The notes below the pieces were generated by a model. It did no database searches and was not told where the DNA came from. It saw only the letters and a program-made list of their open reading frames with translations. A stretch of DNA of 63,026 nucleotides, filler included, from Octopus bimaculoides (lineage: Eukaryota): the NCBI RefSeq assembly GCF_001194135.2. It is 5 parts of 5 records of this genome, joined end to end, with 100 filler letters (N's around TTAATTAATTAA, not from the genome) between each part and the next. Parts side by side here need not be neighbours in the genome. Positions count along the whole stretch, not along the records: positions 29,433 to 42,959 come from NC_068989.1; positions 43,060 to 56,419 come from NC_068986.1; 3 more parts are not named here. One strand, given 5' to 3'. Of the stretch, positions 37,904 through 49,874 are shown one piece after another (positions within the stretch are counted from its first letter, which is position 1; each line of letters starts with the position of its first letter). The position numbers and the translations under genes were made by a program.

Positions 37904-38225
37904 TTAACCCTTTAGCATTTAAACCAGCCATATCTACCTGGTTTATGTTCAAACTGGCCAGATCTAGCCTTTCACACCTATTCTACAATGTTATTCTAAA
38001 AATATACAATCACACCATCAAAATGAAAAACAGTGTATTTTATTTATAAGAGAAACCAGTGAGATAGAATACCATCAGGTGAATTTTAGTTGTAATTTAA
38101 AGGTCTGGCCTAGCCATATACTGTTTTACACTGACTGAACTATGAAATAATGTATGACTAATTCCAAACAATGTGAATAAATAAGCATTATATTTGATAG
38201 AGTAATCTGAATGTGAACGTGTTAA
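37904..38225. mobile_element. MITE of the same family as 37183-37388
   Basis: TTAACCCTTTAGCATTT ... CTGAATGTGAACGTGTTAA. Confidence 0.6.
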
Positions 38226-38235
38226 TGTATTAGAT

Positions 38236-38679
38236 GCAGAAGTGGATGTGTGGTTAAGAAGCTTACTTGCCAACCATGTGGTTTCAGGTTCAGATCCACT
38301 GTGCAGTACTTGAGGTAAGTGTCTACTACTACAGTCCCAGGCCAACTTAAGGCACTGTGAATGGATTTACTACATAGAAATCGCAAGAAGCCCAATGTTT
38401 ATATATCTGTGTGTGTGTGTGTGTGTGTACTCACGTGTGTGTTGTTTTTGTCCTGACATCATGTGATGGTTGTTGTAAATGAGCATCACCATCAAACAAG
38501 CGATGTTGTTCATTTCTAATCTTCTGGGAAAAACATATCTGGCTATGGAGAAATACAACCTTGCTTGAAAACAGATGGGGTCAGTGACAGGAAGGGCATC
38601 CAGCTGTAAAAAATCTACCTCAACAAATTCCATTTGATCCATGCAAGCCTGGAAAAGTAGATGTTAAAACGATAATGAT
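38236..38679 (+). mobile_element. SINE with a family A head and a different, RTE-type 3' tail
   Basis: Head as in family A. Tail GACAGGAAGGGCATCCAGCTGTAAAA...CATGCAAGCCTGGAAAAGTAGATGTTAAA(ATG)n. An isolated copy of this tail lies at ~36480-36540. Confidence 0.65.
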
Positions 38680-39277
38680 ATTTTGATTAGTCACCATATA
38701 ATCATTAATTATGTTTGATTGACAGTTATATTTTTATCAATCAACTTTAAATTATTTCTATACTTTGAAAAAAAACTCATCATTTAGTCATTTTGATTGA
38801 ATTTGTGATAGTTGTATTAGAAAATTTCCAGGGGAGTCTTCTGGATGAAAAACGTTCAGTTAAGTGCAGACTAATATAATTATTGTAGCGAAGCAAAAAT
38901 AATTTTTAATGAGCTGAAATTACACCTGTTGTGGGAAGAAAAGTCATTCATTGTAATAGCTATTTTTGTCAATAAATCCTAAAATTTCCATTGATGAAAA
39001 ATTATTTGGTATAATAATATTTGTAGTCTTAATTAATTCTCATTTTCTCATTCATGTTTTTATGATGTCATTAATAATTTACTTTTATGACTTCAGTCAA
39101 GTAAGTAGACACTGACAATGTGTGTAGTATACTATTAATTTGCATTGCTGGGACTTGCACTGTTATGCATATTAGGCAAACCGTCTTAGTTTTATTTGCT
39201 AAATAGCTATAATTTACTATTCATTAATAGACAAAAAATGGATAAGCAATCTCTATTGAAATTTAATGCTTATGATA

Positions 39278-39495
39278 TTAATCTGTGTGTGATTGCTCCT
39301 GATTCTATGATACAAACTTCCTGTTTAAAGTGTTCTAAATAAAGAAAAAATTTTCCTTAGAAATTTTATGTTAATCTATGTTCTAAAAAGTAGCTTAATA
39401 ATGATAAAGTCATTTTACTAAGTTTGCGTTATTATAAAAATTAATAAAAACAAAAGCAGTGTATTTCAAAAGAAATATGATAACAAAAGGGTTAA
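39278..39495. mobile_element. MITE of the 6101-6330 family, with a further copy at 39603-39808
   Basis: Ends in AAAAGGGTTAA. The 39603-39808 copy runs TTCAACCCTTT...AAAATGGTTAA. Confidence 0.65.
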
Positions 39496-40619
39496 GAAAA
39501 CAGGAAATTAATCAGATTGGTCCCTTTGATCTTTAGATGTTTGTTTTGTACTCTATTGATTAGGATATTTGATCTTTCCAAAATTGAAAATGTCCTGTAA
39601 TCTTCAACCCTTTCGATTTCAGTCTGCCAGAGACCATTCCTGGTTCTTTGATGCAAAATCCAGTGTTAAAGTGATATTAAGTTAAACCTTCCATCAAAAT
39701 TTCATGTTACTTTGTTTCAAACATCAGCACTAAATTCTTTATTATCTTCTAAATTAATTGAAACAAAGACAATGTGTTTCAACAGAAATATGGTAACAAA
39801 ATGGTTAATGAATTGTTGAACTATCACAGACAGTATAGTTTTGTTTTTGTTTAACCCCAGGCTAACTCTGATTAAGTGGACCCCTAATACATTCCAGATA
39901 TAACTATCCCTTCCTTTTTTGCATTTAGAATTACACGGTCTTGTGTGTCTTTCATCCTTCTTTCTTTTAATACAGGAGAGGTGCAATTTGATGTAAATCT
40001 AACTCTTATTCCTAGCAAGCCAAGTCACTCTATTCAGAGTCTCCCATTGGTTTGTCTTCATGTTGTGAGATGGTTATCTCTCTCCCTAACAGAGCCAACC
40101 CTGCTAGAAATCATACACACATGGAATAGCAAAAGAGTCCTATAACTTTACTGCTCTCTTAGGTTGCAAGGAATATGGTGGCTGTACCATGTAAATACCT
40201 TTTTTTTCACCCATTTAATACAAACCTGCCTGAGACTACTCTTAGTTTTATAAGTCATGTAAATTTGTTCCAGACTCCAGCTTAATGATGATAAAGTAAT
40301 TTTACTAAATTCTTCAGTATTTTCAAAATTAATTGAATCAAAGGTGGTGTATTTCAGGAGAAATCTGGAGACAAAAGGAGTTACAGCTTCCTCACATATT
40401 CTACCATATTCTCTATCATTTCTGTCCTCTGAGTCACAAGCCTTTCAAATTCCAGTGCTTAACTTTTCTACAGTTTTTCTTCCAAGAACCAATAATCTCA
40501 TGTAGTCATTTTCTCTCTACATGAATTAATTATTCTTCTCTAAACCATATTGTCTTCATTCCTTAACTCTTCAGCATTTGGATTACTATGTCAAATATAA
40601 GACTTATTCATTTACATTG

Positions 40620-41308
40620 TTTTGAATTCTTCTTATCCCTTGACCATGTGGTCATTTAAAAAAAAAAGGACATGTTGGACAATGTGATCATGGGTTTCAT
40701 CAGAAATTAGATGAAATGGTCATAGCTGCAATGCCTTTGACCATAAATCCACTTGACCAAGGCCTAACCAAAGTTAAACAACAGCAAAACAAGAAAATCT
40801 TTACATGGCTGTTTGGCCTGCAAGAGATAGCAGTCAACTACCCCTTAAATTACATTATGTGATATCTTGATCTGCTAGAAACAGCAACCAAACCTCCTCC
40901 AAATCACACATATCCTTTAGAAAAAAAGGACATGGTTGTTTGGTCTGCAAGAAATAGCAGTTAACTACTCCTTAAATCACACTGTTGTCTTTAAAGAACT
41001 AAAGGAGGCACATTGAATAGTGTAGTCCTAGATAGCCCTAAAAAGATAGAAAGGTTATGACTGAATTGCTTTTGATCATAAATTTGCTCAGAGTCAACCT
41101 GGGGTTAAACAAAATCAACAATTTCATGTGGAAGCCTCTTGTTCTGCTAGAAATAGCAGTCAACTATCCCTCAAATCATACTACTATCTTTTAAAAAAAT
41201 GAAACATACTGGGTAACATAGTCCTAGATACTTGTGAATGAATTATTTTTGATCAAAGCTCTCTGCTCAAATCAGAGTTTACTTTGGATTAAACAACAAC
41301 AACAACAT
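40620..41308 (+). mobile_element. Cluster of co-oriented family C SINE-like fragments with (ACA)n tails
   Basis: CTGCWAGAAATAGCAG-YAACTA recurs about 4 times and TAAACAACA-like tails occur 3 times. Confidence 0.6.
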
Positions 41309-41344
41309 GCATCTGTCTCATGAAGCTTTGATATATTAGCTTAT

Positions 41345-41470
41345 TGAGGTCGACTTTGCCTTTCATCCTTTCGGGGTCGATAAATTAAGTACCAGTTGCA
41401 TACTGGTGTTGATCTAATCGACTGGCCCCATCCCCAAAAATTTCAGGCCTTGTGCCTAGAGCAGAAAAGA
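41345..41470 (+). mobile_element. 5'-truncated SINE family B with a 14-bp TSD
   Basis: ATATATTAGCTTAT at 41331-41344 and 41471-41484. Core CCTTTCGGGGTCGATAAATTAAGTACCAG. Confidence 0.9.
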
Positions 41471-42276
41471 ATATATTAGCTTATCTCTTTGATCGGATAA
41501 CAAGATTTCTTCTGAATGTGTTCTGGAATGTCAATAAAAGGTGATATGTCATTCCAGATGAGAATATTATGGTACATAAATTGGAATGTATATGAATGAA
41601 CTTTGTATACAGTGAGCAGCTGCTTTGATCTATGTAAAATATTTATTGATTCCAAATTAAAAAAAAAACAAACAAAAAAACTGAGTCTCTTTGATGTTAA
41701 TATTGGCAAATGTTAAAGATGTGACATTTTATTTACTAAGAAGTTACTGAAGACACTAACTTCTTGAATCGTGGAAGTGAAAAATCTTAGGAGTTGCTCA
41801 TCAAAAATAGCCATGTGATGCAATAGTTCTTTATTGAAATGAGTAACATATTTTGGTAGTAATTGGTAAACATGGTTAACCAGGTTGTTGGATATTCAGA
41901 AGCGGACAGGGTAATTGTGTTTAGTTTGTTGATGTAGAAAAGCAGTAACTGTCAACAGCAGCAGTTAGTTTAACTCTTTAGCATTCAGATTACTCTGTCA
42001 AATGTAAGGCTTATTTATTCAGACTGTTTTGAGTTAATCATAAATAAGCTCATAGCTTCAAGGCTTTGATAATGTAATAGTTTACTTTTAGAATGACATT
42101 GTAGGGTAGGTGTGAGGGGCCAGATTTCTGGCAGTTTACTGTGCTTGAAAAAGACATGTCATCCACACATACAAGCATATCCTCTATGTCCCTGTCTCGG
42201 CTGAGAGGTCCTAGTCTTGCAGGCTCATGGGTGCTGGTGCCATGTAAAACGATCTGTGACAATGCTACTTCAGAGA

Positions 42277-42353
<77 letters not shown>

Positions 42354-42626
42354 AGAAATCGTTCGATCTAGAATTAGCCTTTAAAAAATTTTGCTAAATC
42401 TCTTTTTATTCATTATCTCACTTTCAGCCTGTGCTAATGGAGTGTTGATGTGGTGTTAGAGTCATTTGACATCTATTTTTAGCATGTTGGTGCTGTTTCT
42501 CAGTACCCTTAATTATAATTATATCTATATACTTATATATCTATATTAATTCTTACCTATACGGTTTTTGTTACATGCTGGCCACTGATAGTATTATTTT
42601 TATAATGATTTTATCCTTAATTATGT

Positions 42627-42959
42627 GTATTTAACACCCTCCTGAACAACCTACACCCATCCATCCAATTTACAAAGGAAATGAACAGTAGCAAATTACC
42701 ATTTCTAGATATAATGGTAATTAAAAAGAACACCGCCATTACCACAGATATATATTACAAACACACAGACACACCAATACTTGAATTTTAAATCGTGCCA
42801 TCCACCCCATACAAAATGCAACATACCATACTGCCTAGCCAGGAGAATATGTACTATTGTAGAGGATATAGAGACCAGAAATCAACGCCTGATGGAACTG
42901 AAAGAATTTCTGCTGAAGCAAAAATACCTATCACGACTCATAGAAAATGGTATTCAGCG
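42627..42959 (+). mobile_element. Penelope-like element RT C-terminal/thumb fragment
   Basis: LNNLHPSIQFTKE...LPFLDIMV...TDIYYKHTDTHQYLNFKSCHPPHTKCNIPYCLARRICTIV. Confidence 0.9.
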
Positions 42960-43111
42960 NNNNNNNNNNNNNNNNNNNNNNNNNNNNNNNNNNNNNNNNN
43001 NNNTTAATTAATTAANNNNNNNNNNNNNNNNNNNNNNNNNNNNNNNNNNNNNNNNNNNNTATATATATACATACATGAATACATTAAAAGCAGCAGAAAT
43101 ATAACAAAAAG

Positions 43112-43149
43112 CTGTTACTCAGAGTTTCACGTTCCCGTTCATCGGACAG
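43112..43149 (-). ncRNA. Minimal type I hammerhead-like motif, U4C variant
   Basis: CTGT-CCGATGA-ACG ggaa CGT-GAA-ACT ctg AGT-A-ACAG. All three stems pair, GUA cleavage triplet. Confidence 0.6.
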
Positions 43150-43291
43150 TTTTGTTAGAAATGGGAGAGGTTAGTTGCTTACTCCGGTATATATATATAT
43201 CGTTGATGTATCATATATCCGGAAAAGAAACACACTCTAAAGCATAGAGCAGTAATGTATTTATATGTAGTTAAGCCTATGTCCGGGCATA

Positions 43292-43357
43292 GAGTAACCA
43301 ATGGTTTCGCATCCACAAAGGCTTTAGCCTCGTCCTCGTGGACATCTCGTCTGATTC
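43292..43357 (-). ncRNA. Degenerate hammerhead-like motif with an extended stem II
   Basis: GAAT-CAGACGA-GATGTCCAC...GTGGATGC-GAA-ACC att GGT-T-ACTC. U4A change and one stem I mismatch. Confidence 0.4.
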
Positions 43358-44024
43358 GAAAGCCGAAGACAAGTGTATCTCTTCACCTCTCGGAAGCAGG
43401 AATCCGTTACGGTCATTTGGTCAGATGGTCATCAAAGATTAAATAGTCTGGGGTCAGTGAGGGCGGGTTTATGTCCCTTAGACCAGTTTTCTGTGGGCCA
43501 CAGGATGAGGAACAAGGCATTTATCCTTTGAGCTGCTTTTGGATCGTAAGGACTCCTCCGTGCTTAATCGGAGAACGTGGAATCCTATGCTTGCAGCAGA
43601 TAGTGCTTGAAATAGATGCAGGGACTGTAAATTTCCTGTTCAGTGATGCAAGTTTCAGAGAATCTTTGAGTATCGTTGCTCGCTTGGCTATGCAAAGCTT
43701 GCAGCAACCGCTCCCGTTGATGTAGGGTCCCGGCCGCTCTAAGAGCCTCCATTTGATATTGTTTGAAGTGCTTTCATCTTTTAGATGCCGCATGTGGCTG
43801 GCCAGGGATGTGACGAATCGTCTATCCGGAATCTTGAAAGAGGACCTGTGATTATACAGACGTCGCTTGAAGGCGTACCAGCTGACCTGACATATTTCCG
43901 GGCCTTGGTGTTGGTTGCGCTCACATTACAGGCGCATCTTCTGTTGGCTCCGGGCCAGGAGTTCTTGTTGTCTCGGCTGCCATCAGTGTTGTTATCATTA
44001 CAAGGCGTGGGTCCGGCAATATCC

Positions 44025-44070
44025 GTACGTGATAGAAGCGGTACGTGATAGAAACGGTACGTGATAGAAA
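44025..44070. repeat. 16-bp tandem repeat, 3 copies (GTACGTGATAGAAACG)
   Basis: Copies start at 44025, 44041 and 44057. Confidence 0.9.
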
Positions 44071-45085
44071 GCATCATGTCGGTTAGTTTACCTTACAAAA
44101 TTTATAAAATAAAATTTAATTTGCAATTAAAATTATTACTTTCGAAGGCGTTAAGTGGATTAGATATGTTTCTTTTTTGGAAAGAAAGCCAGTCAATCGC
44201 AAAAGTAACACTCTAGTTAACCACCAATTCTTAACTATCAAATCAAATGGGACAGCGCAGAGACTGGCATACACCTACCCAAAATCACACACGCGCGCGC
44301 ACACACAAACAAACAAACAAGCACACATGTAAACGCAAACACGCACACACACAAACACACAAAGAAAAATGAAAGGAGGAAGAACAGGGGAAAGAAAGAT
44401 AAAGAGGGGACAAGTAGGAGAATGACTGGCAGATAGAGTGAAGAGAAGGGTGCTAGGCAGACAGTGGGAGAGATATATGAAGAAATTGAAAATGAGAGAG
44501 ATTTGTAGAGAAGCAGGTAAAAGAAGAAGATGAAAGAAGAGAAATCGGAAAGAACTTGACAAAACTGCAAGAAGGAAAGAGTGAAAGAAAGAATGAAGAA
44601 ACATAGGAAATGTGATTGAATGAATGAATGAATGAATGAATGAATGAAAAAGCAGACAGGAAAAGGAGAAATAAAGGAAGGAAAGAATGAAAGAAAAAAT
44701 GAATAAAAGGAAGAAAGAAAGAATAAAGAAGTGTAGAGACACACAAAGAAAAGAAACGAGTGAGAAAGAAAAATATAAAAGAATCAAATAGAAAAAGTGA
44801 AGAAGAAGAATGGACGAATGAAATAAATAAAATCTATTTAGAAGTCGATACTCACAAAGAAAGTAAAAATTCAAAAGAAAAACAGAAATATTAAAATAAA
44901 AACAACCCAAATAAAGTACCACTAAAATAATTTTAAAAACACTTGTGAAGGAAAGAAATGGCTAACATATAAGTGTTTCATTTGGAAATAACGTACGGAG
45001 AGCGTTACTGAAAAGATATATATATACATACTTGAGTGTGAGTAGCTGTGAGCAAGTACGACTCGGTGTGTGTGTGTGTATGTGT

Positions 45086-45134
<49 letters not shown>

Positions 45135-46244
45135 CGCACGCATGCGTGTGTTTGTATATATTATGTATACATATATATTTATAATAATAAATGCGAAAGC
45201 GAATGTCAGTGTGTCAGTGTGTCACGCTTTTCAACTCTTCTCCTCCGACCCCCTCTCTCACTATTCAATGACAATCCCACTATTCTTCATGCTTACCCCC
45301 CTCTCTTACTATCCATTCTTGTTTTTTTCTTAATCCTAACATTTTGGAAAAAATATCTCTCTAAATATTATAACTATTTCCAAAAGTAATTTCCAAAATA
45401 AACATTAAAAAAAAATCTTTCTCTAAATAATTTAATCATATCAAGTAATTTAACCATAACACGTGCTTCATAGCGCTCGGAACTGAAATACATATTGATC
45501 TCACTCTCTCATATAATATTATCTCTCATAACTCTCTACCATAAAAATGTTGGAAACTTAGTATTTTTTCAGATATTAATAAAATTTGTCGGACCTATTT
45601 TCATGCTATCGGCCGTCAGAGCTATGGGAACTTAGCGCACTCCGACTGCAGGAAAATAGATTCGACTAATTTTGTTATTACCTTACAAAATGCTAAATTT
45701 CAAACATCTTTATGGTCAAATACGTTTAAAGTAATTCCAAACCATAAAAATCGCACTTAAAAATAGTGTTTAGCGACGGAGGTGTAATTTTCCTTCAAAC
45801 TACGAACAGGAGTTTAGATACGTACTAGCTACTACAAATAATTGTTTGAACAAAAAGTAAGGCCCTACGTACATCAAATTGTCTTTAAATTAAGTGGCGG
45901 CAGAAGAAATATCGACGGCCAGTTACATGATGGTTGTTCAAGGGTAGGAAATGGAAACAAGCTATTTGTACTGACACCGAATGGGGAGACAAAAAATGTT
46001 TATCATGCAGCTTTGCAATAAGTTCCAAGTCGACAAATTATATCATTGTTCTGATGAAAATTGTTCATTGCTTGAAAAATATTGTTCAAGTTTAATAAAA
46101 TTTAATATGCTCTCAATGCATGAAGTGTCATTGTTGGGCCCAAGGCCCATTGAAGAGCCCTCTACAGGAGCTAGCTTAAAAGCCACCCTAAGCTAGTATT
46201 TATATGTATGTATGTGTGTATTTATGTGCATATACATACATACA

Positions 46245-46295
<51 letters not shown>

Positions 46296-49200
46296 NNNNN
46301 NNNNNNNNNNNNNNNNNNNNNNNNNNNNNNNNNNNNNNNNNNNNNNNNNNNNNNNNNNNNNNNNNNNNNNNNNNNNNNNNNNNNNNNNNNNNNNNNNNNN
46401 NNNNNNNNNNNNNNNNNNNNNNNNNNNNNNNNNNNNNNNNNNNNNNNNNNNNNNNNNNNNNNNNNNNNNNNNNNNNNNNNNNNNNNNNNNNNNNNNNNNN
46501 NNNNNNNNNNNNNNNNNNNNNNNNNNNNNNNNNNNNNNNNNNNNNNNNNNNNNNNNNNNNNNNNNNNNNNNNNNNNNNNNNNNNNNNNNNNNNNNNNNNN
46601 NNNNNNNNNNNNNNNNNNNNNNNNNNNNNNNNNNNNNNNNNNNNNNNNNNNNNNNNNNNNNNNNNNNNNNNNNNNNNNNNNNNNNNNNNNNNNNNNNNNN
46701 NNNNNNNNNNNNNNNNNNNNNNNNNNNNNNNNNNNNNNNNNNNNNNNNNNNNNNNNNNNNNNNNNNNNNNNNNNNNNNNNNNNNNNNNNNNNNNNNNNNN
46801 NNNNNNNNNNNNNNNNNNNNNNNNNNNNNNNNNNNNNNNNNNNNNNNNNNNNNNNNNNNNNNNNNNNNNNNNNNNNNNNNNNNNNNNNNNNNNNNNNNNN
46901 NNNNNNNNNNNNNNNNNNNNNNNNNNNNNNNNNNNNNNNNNNNNNNNNNNNNNNNNNNNNNNNNNNNNNNNNNNNNNNNNNNNNNNNNNNNNNNNNNNNN
47001 NNNNNNNNNNNNNNNNNNNNNNNNNNNNNNNNNNNNNNNNNNNNNNNNNNNNNNNNNNNNNNNNNNNNNNNNNNNNNNNNNNNNNNNNNNNNNNNNNNNN
47101 NNNNNNNNNNNNNNNNNNNNNNNNNNNNNNNNNNNNNNNNNNNNNNNNNNNNNNNNNNNNNNNNNNNNNNNNNNNNNNNNNNNNNNNNNNNNNNNNNNNN
47201 NNNNNNNNNNNNNNNNNNNNNNNNNNNNNNNNNNNNNNNNNNNNNNNNNNNNNNNNNNNNNNNNNNNNNNNNNNNNNNNNNNNNNNNNNNNNNNAAAAGA
47301 ATAAAAGAATAAAAGAATTTGCTTTGAGGTCAATTTCTCGCAGGTTACCGACCGTATATAAGCACCTCTGTATTGTTGTTTATCCCATACTTTGGTGCCT
47401 GTTTTTTATTTGGTCGATAATCCATGATACTCAACTCTTTTATTGTTGTAAGAAAGTCAAACTGGATATCATGAGGTATTTGTTTCGGCTTTTTTGCGTC
47501 ATATATTGGATTGTTTCTTTCCAAACAAATTTCATCCCCCAAGTAAAAAAGAAAGAATAATATAAGAATCTAACAGTTTCAACGCCTGAACTCAGATTTG
47601 CGTCACTTAGGAGTGTCAACAATCATTGAAATCTATAGGTGACAGACAGACAAAGACAAAGAAGGAGAAGAGAGAGAGAGAGTGGGAGAGAAAGAGCTGC
47701 AGTATCACTAATCTTGTTAGCTCCAAACACAGCTAAATGGAACATTACCAGCAATAAGATTGAGAGAGACATCAGCTGCGAGCAAGGACTATGAAATTTT
47801 TTCCCGTCTTCACTGTGGTCAATACCTATAATTAAGGATGTTTCAGGGTACGTGTGATAATAAGCCAGTCATCATCACAAAGCGAACTTCTTAAACATTC
47901 GATCATACTTACTCTTCAAAAAATAATACTTGTACTGACCGTAAAGGGAAGCTAGCTGTTTAATCTACCTCTTCCTGAATAACAGGCAGCCATAAGGTCG
48001 GTGAAACACCTCCTTGTAATTTTAGTGTCGAGCGAATAAAAACTAAATCTATACTGGAATAGGGTAATGTCGTAACCCAGTTAGTTTGGTTGTTTATGCA
48101 ATGGAGTAATTGAATTCAGCATTTCACGTTAATGAAATATACATGAATTTAACAAATCTATCGTTGCATTTTGTTAATCGCTAAATCAAGAACAAGGAAG
48201 AGTGCACCGAAGGTGTTTTTTTCTTTCTTTAGGACCTACGAGACTAATTAAAAAAGTTTATCCTCAGGCTTGAGACTTGGCCTGAATTCCACAAATGGCT
48301 ACCGAAGATCATCTGGCGAGAATAAACCGTAAAATAGATTAAGAAATCATGATACAAATGGGATGGAATAAAATGCTGCTAGATATTTCGTCAAGTGATG
48401 AACTTGCAGAATTTAACAATTCCTCCAGTTCACCATTATCGATTAGTAATTTTAATTTCTTCTTGGTCGTGCTACTTAAGCGGATTCCTATGGCTCTCTG
48501 TCGCCATCCGATCCTATTATTATGAATTTGAATTGGGAGCTTGGGTCATACTGAATTTTTCATTAGCTAATTACATAGCCATGGACGCCACTCCTAGGGA
48601 TACATTGCAGTTACCCTTTTGATAGAGCTTGGTGATCCTGGTCGTTGATCTCCTAGAATTCCTCCACTCAGCATCAATAGTAAGAAGCACTGTTGTCTCA
48701 GTTCAGTTCTTCCACTACCGCTTCACAACCTGTTATACTGCAACCCTATAACTTCACAATATACCTGGCAGGATAGTTGAACGGGTGCTATGCCTTGCCA
48801 AAGGGCAACGCGTAACTATGCATAACACGGGCGTCACCCTGTGAGGTATTTGCAAAATACCTGCAAATACTCGTGTTTTATCAACCCCTTAATGATAAAA
48901 GACCAAGATTACCTCGGTGGGACTGGACGTCAGGCGGCAGAGAACCGGAGCAAGAAGCACAAAGCATTTTGTCCGATGCTCTAACGATTCTGCAGTGTTA
49001 TGTTACTATGTGTCTCTATTTTGTTTTAGATTGTCTAAGTTACTGAGAGTTAAGCATCTTATTTTTCCTACGGATTTAATTCTTTTTCTTTTCCCCTTCC
49101 CCACCCTCCCATGCTCTCACTTTATCCCNNNNNNNNNNNNNNNNNNNNNNNNNNNNNNNNNNNNNNNNNNNNNNNNNNNNNNNNNNNNNNNNNNNNNNNN

Positions 49201-49874
49201 NNNNNNNNNNNNNNNNNNNNNNNNNNNNNNNNNNNNNNNNNNNNNNNNNNNNNNNNNNNNNNNNNNNNNNNNNNNNNNNNNNNNNNNNNNNNNNNNNNNN
49301 NNNNNNNNNNNNNNNNNNNNNNNNNNNNNNNNNNNNNNNNNNNNNNNNNNNNNNNNNNNNNNNNNNNNNNNNNNNNNNNNNNNNNNNNNNNNNNNNNNNN
49401 NNNNNNNNNNNNNNNNNNNNNNNNNNNNNNNNNNNNNNNNNNNNNNNNNNNNNNNNNNNNNNNNNNNNNNNNNNNNNNNNNNNNNNNNNNNNNNNNNNNN
49501 NNNNNNNNNNNNNNNNNNNNNNNNNNNNNNNNNNNNNNNNNNNNNNNNNNNNNNNNNNNNNNNNNNNNNNNNNNNNNNNNNNNNNNNNNNNNNNNNNNNN
49601 NNNNNNNNNNNNNNNNNNNNNNNNNNNNNNNNNNNNNNNNNNNNNNNNNNNNNNNNNNNNNNNNNNNNNNNNNNNNNNNNNNNNNNNNNNNNNNNNNNNN
49701 NNNNNNNNNNNNNNNNNNNNNNNNNNNNNNNNNNNNNNNNNNNNNNNNNNNNNNNNNNNNNNNNNNNNNNNNNNNNNNNNNNNNNNNNNNNNNNNNNNNN
49801 NNNNNNNNNNNNNNNNNNNNNNNNNNNNNNNNNNNNNNNNNNNNNNNNNNNNNNNNNNNNNNNNNNNNNNNNNN

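Larger units (their letters stand above)
43090..44020 (-). mobile_element. Penelope-like element: GIY-YIG endonuclease remnant and 3' region with hammerhead-like motifs
   Basis: Frameshifted KYVRSAG, FKRRLYNHRSSFK, IKWRLLERPGPYINGSGCCKLC, LNRK, CCKH. Confidence 0.85.

Noticed and set aside
39976-40049. Strong acceptor plus an open frame (EVQFDVNLTLIPSKPSHSIQSLPL)
   Set aside because: The donor (GTTTGT) is weak, and the sequence resembles an interspersed repeat I recall. Worth rechecking if the CpG-depleted block proves to be a gene body.
23147-44020. Selenocysteine-type in-frame TGA at conserved cysteines of the PLE endonucleases, as described for some PLE groups
   Set aside because: The Cys positions I could read are TGC/TGT or missense changes. 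No TGA occurs at those sites.
45460-45800. DNA-transposon-like subterminal sequence (also ~4910-5340 and ~54880-55250)
   Set aside because: I could not find a TIR pair, TSD or coding motif by eye.
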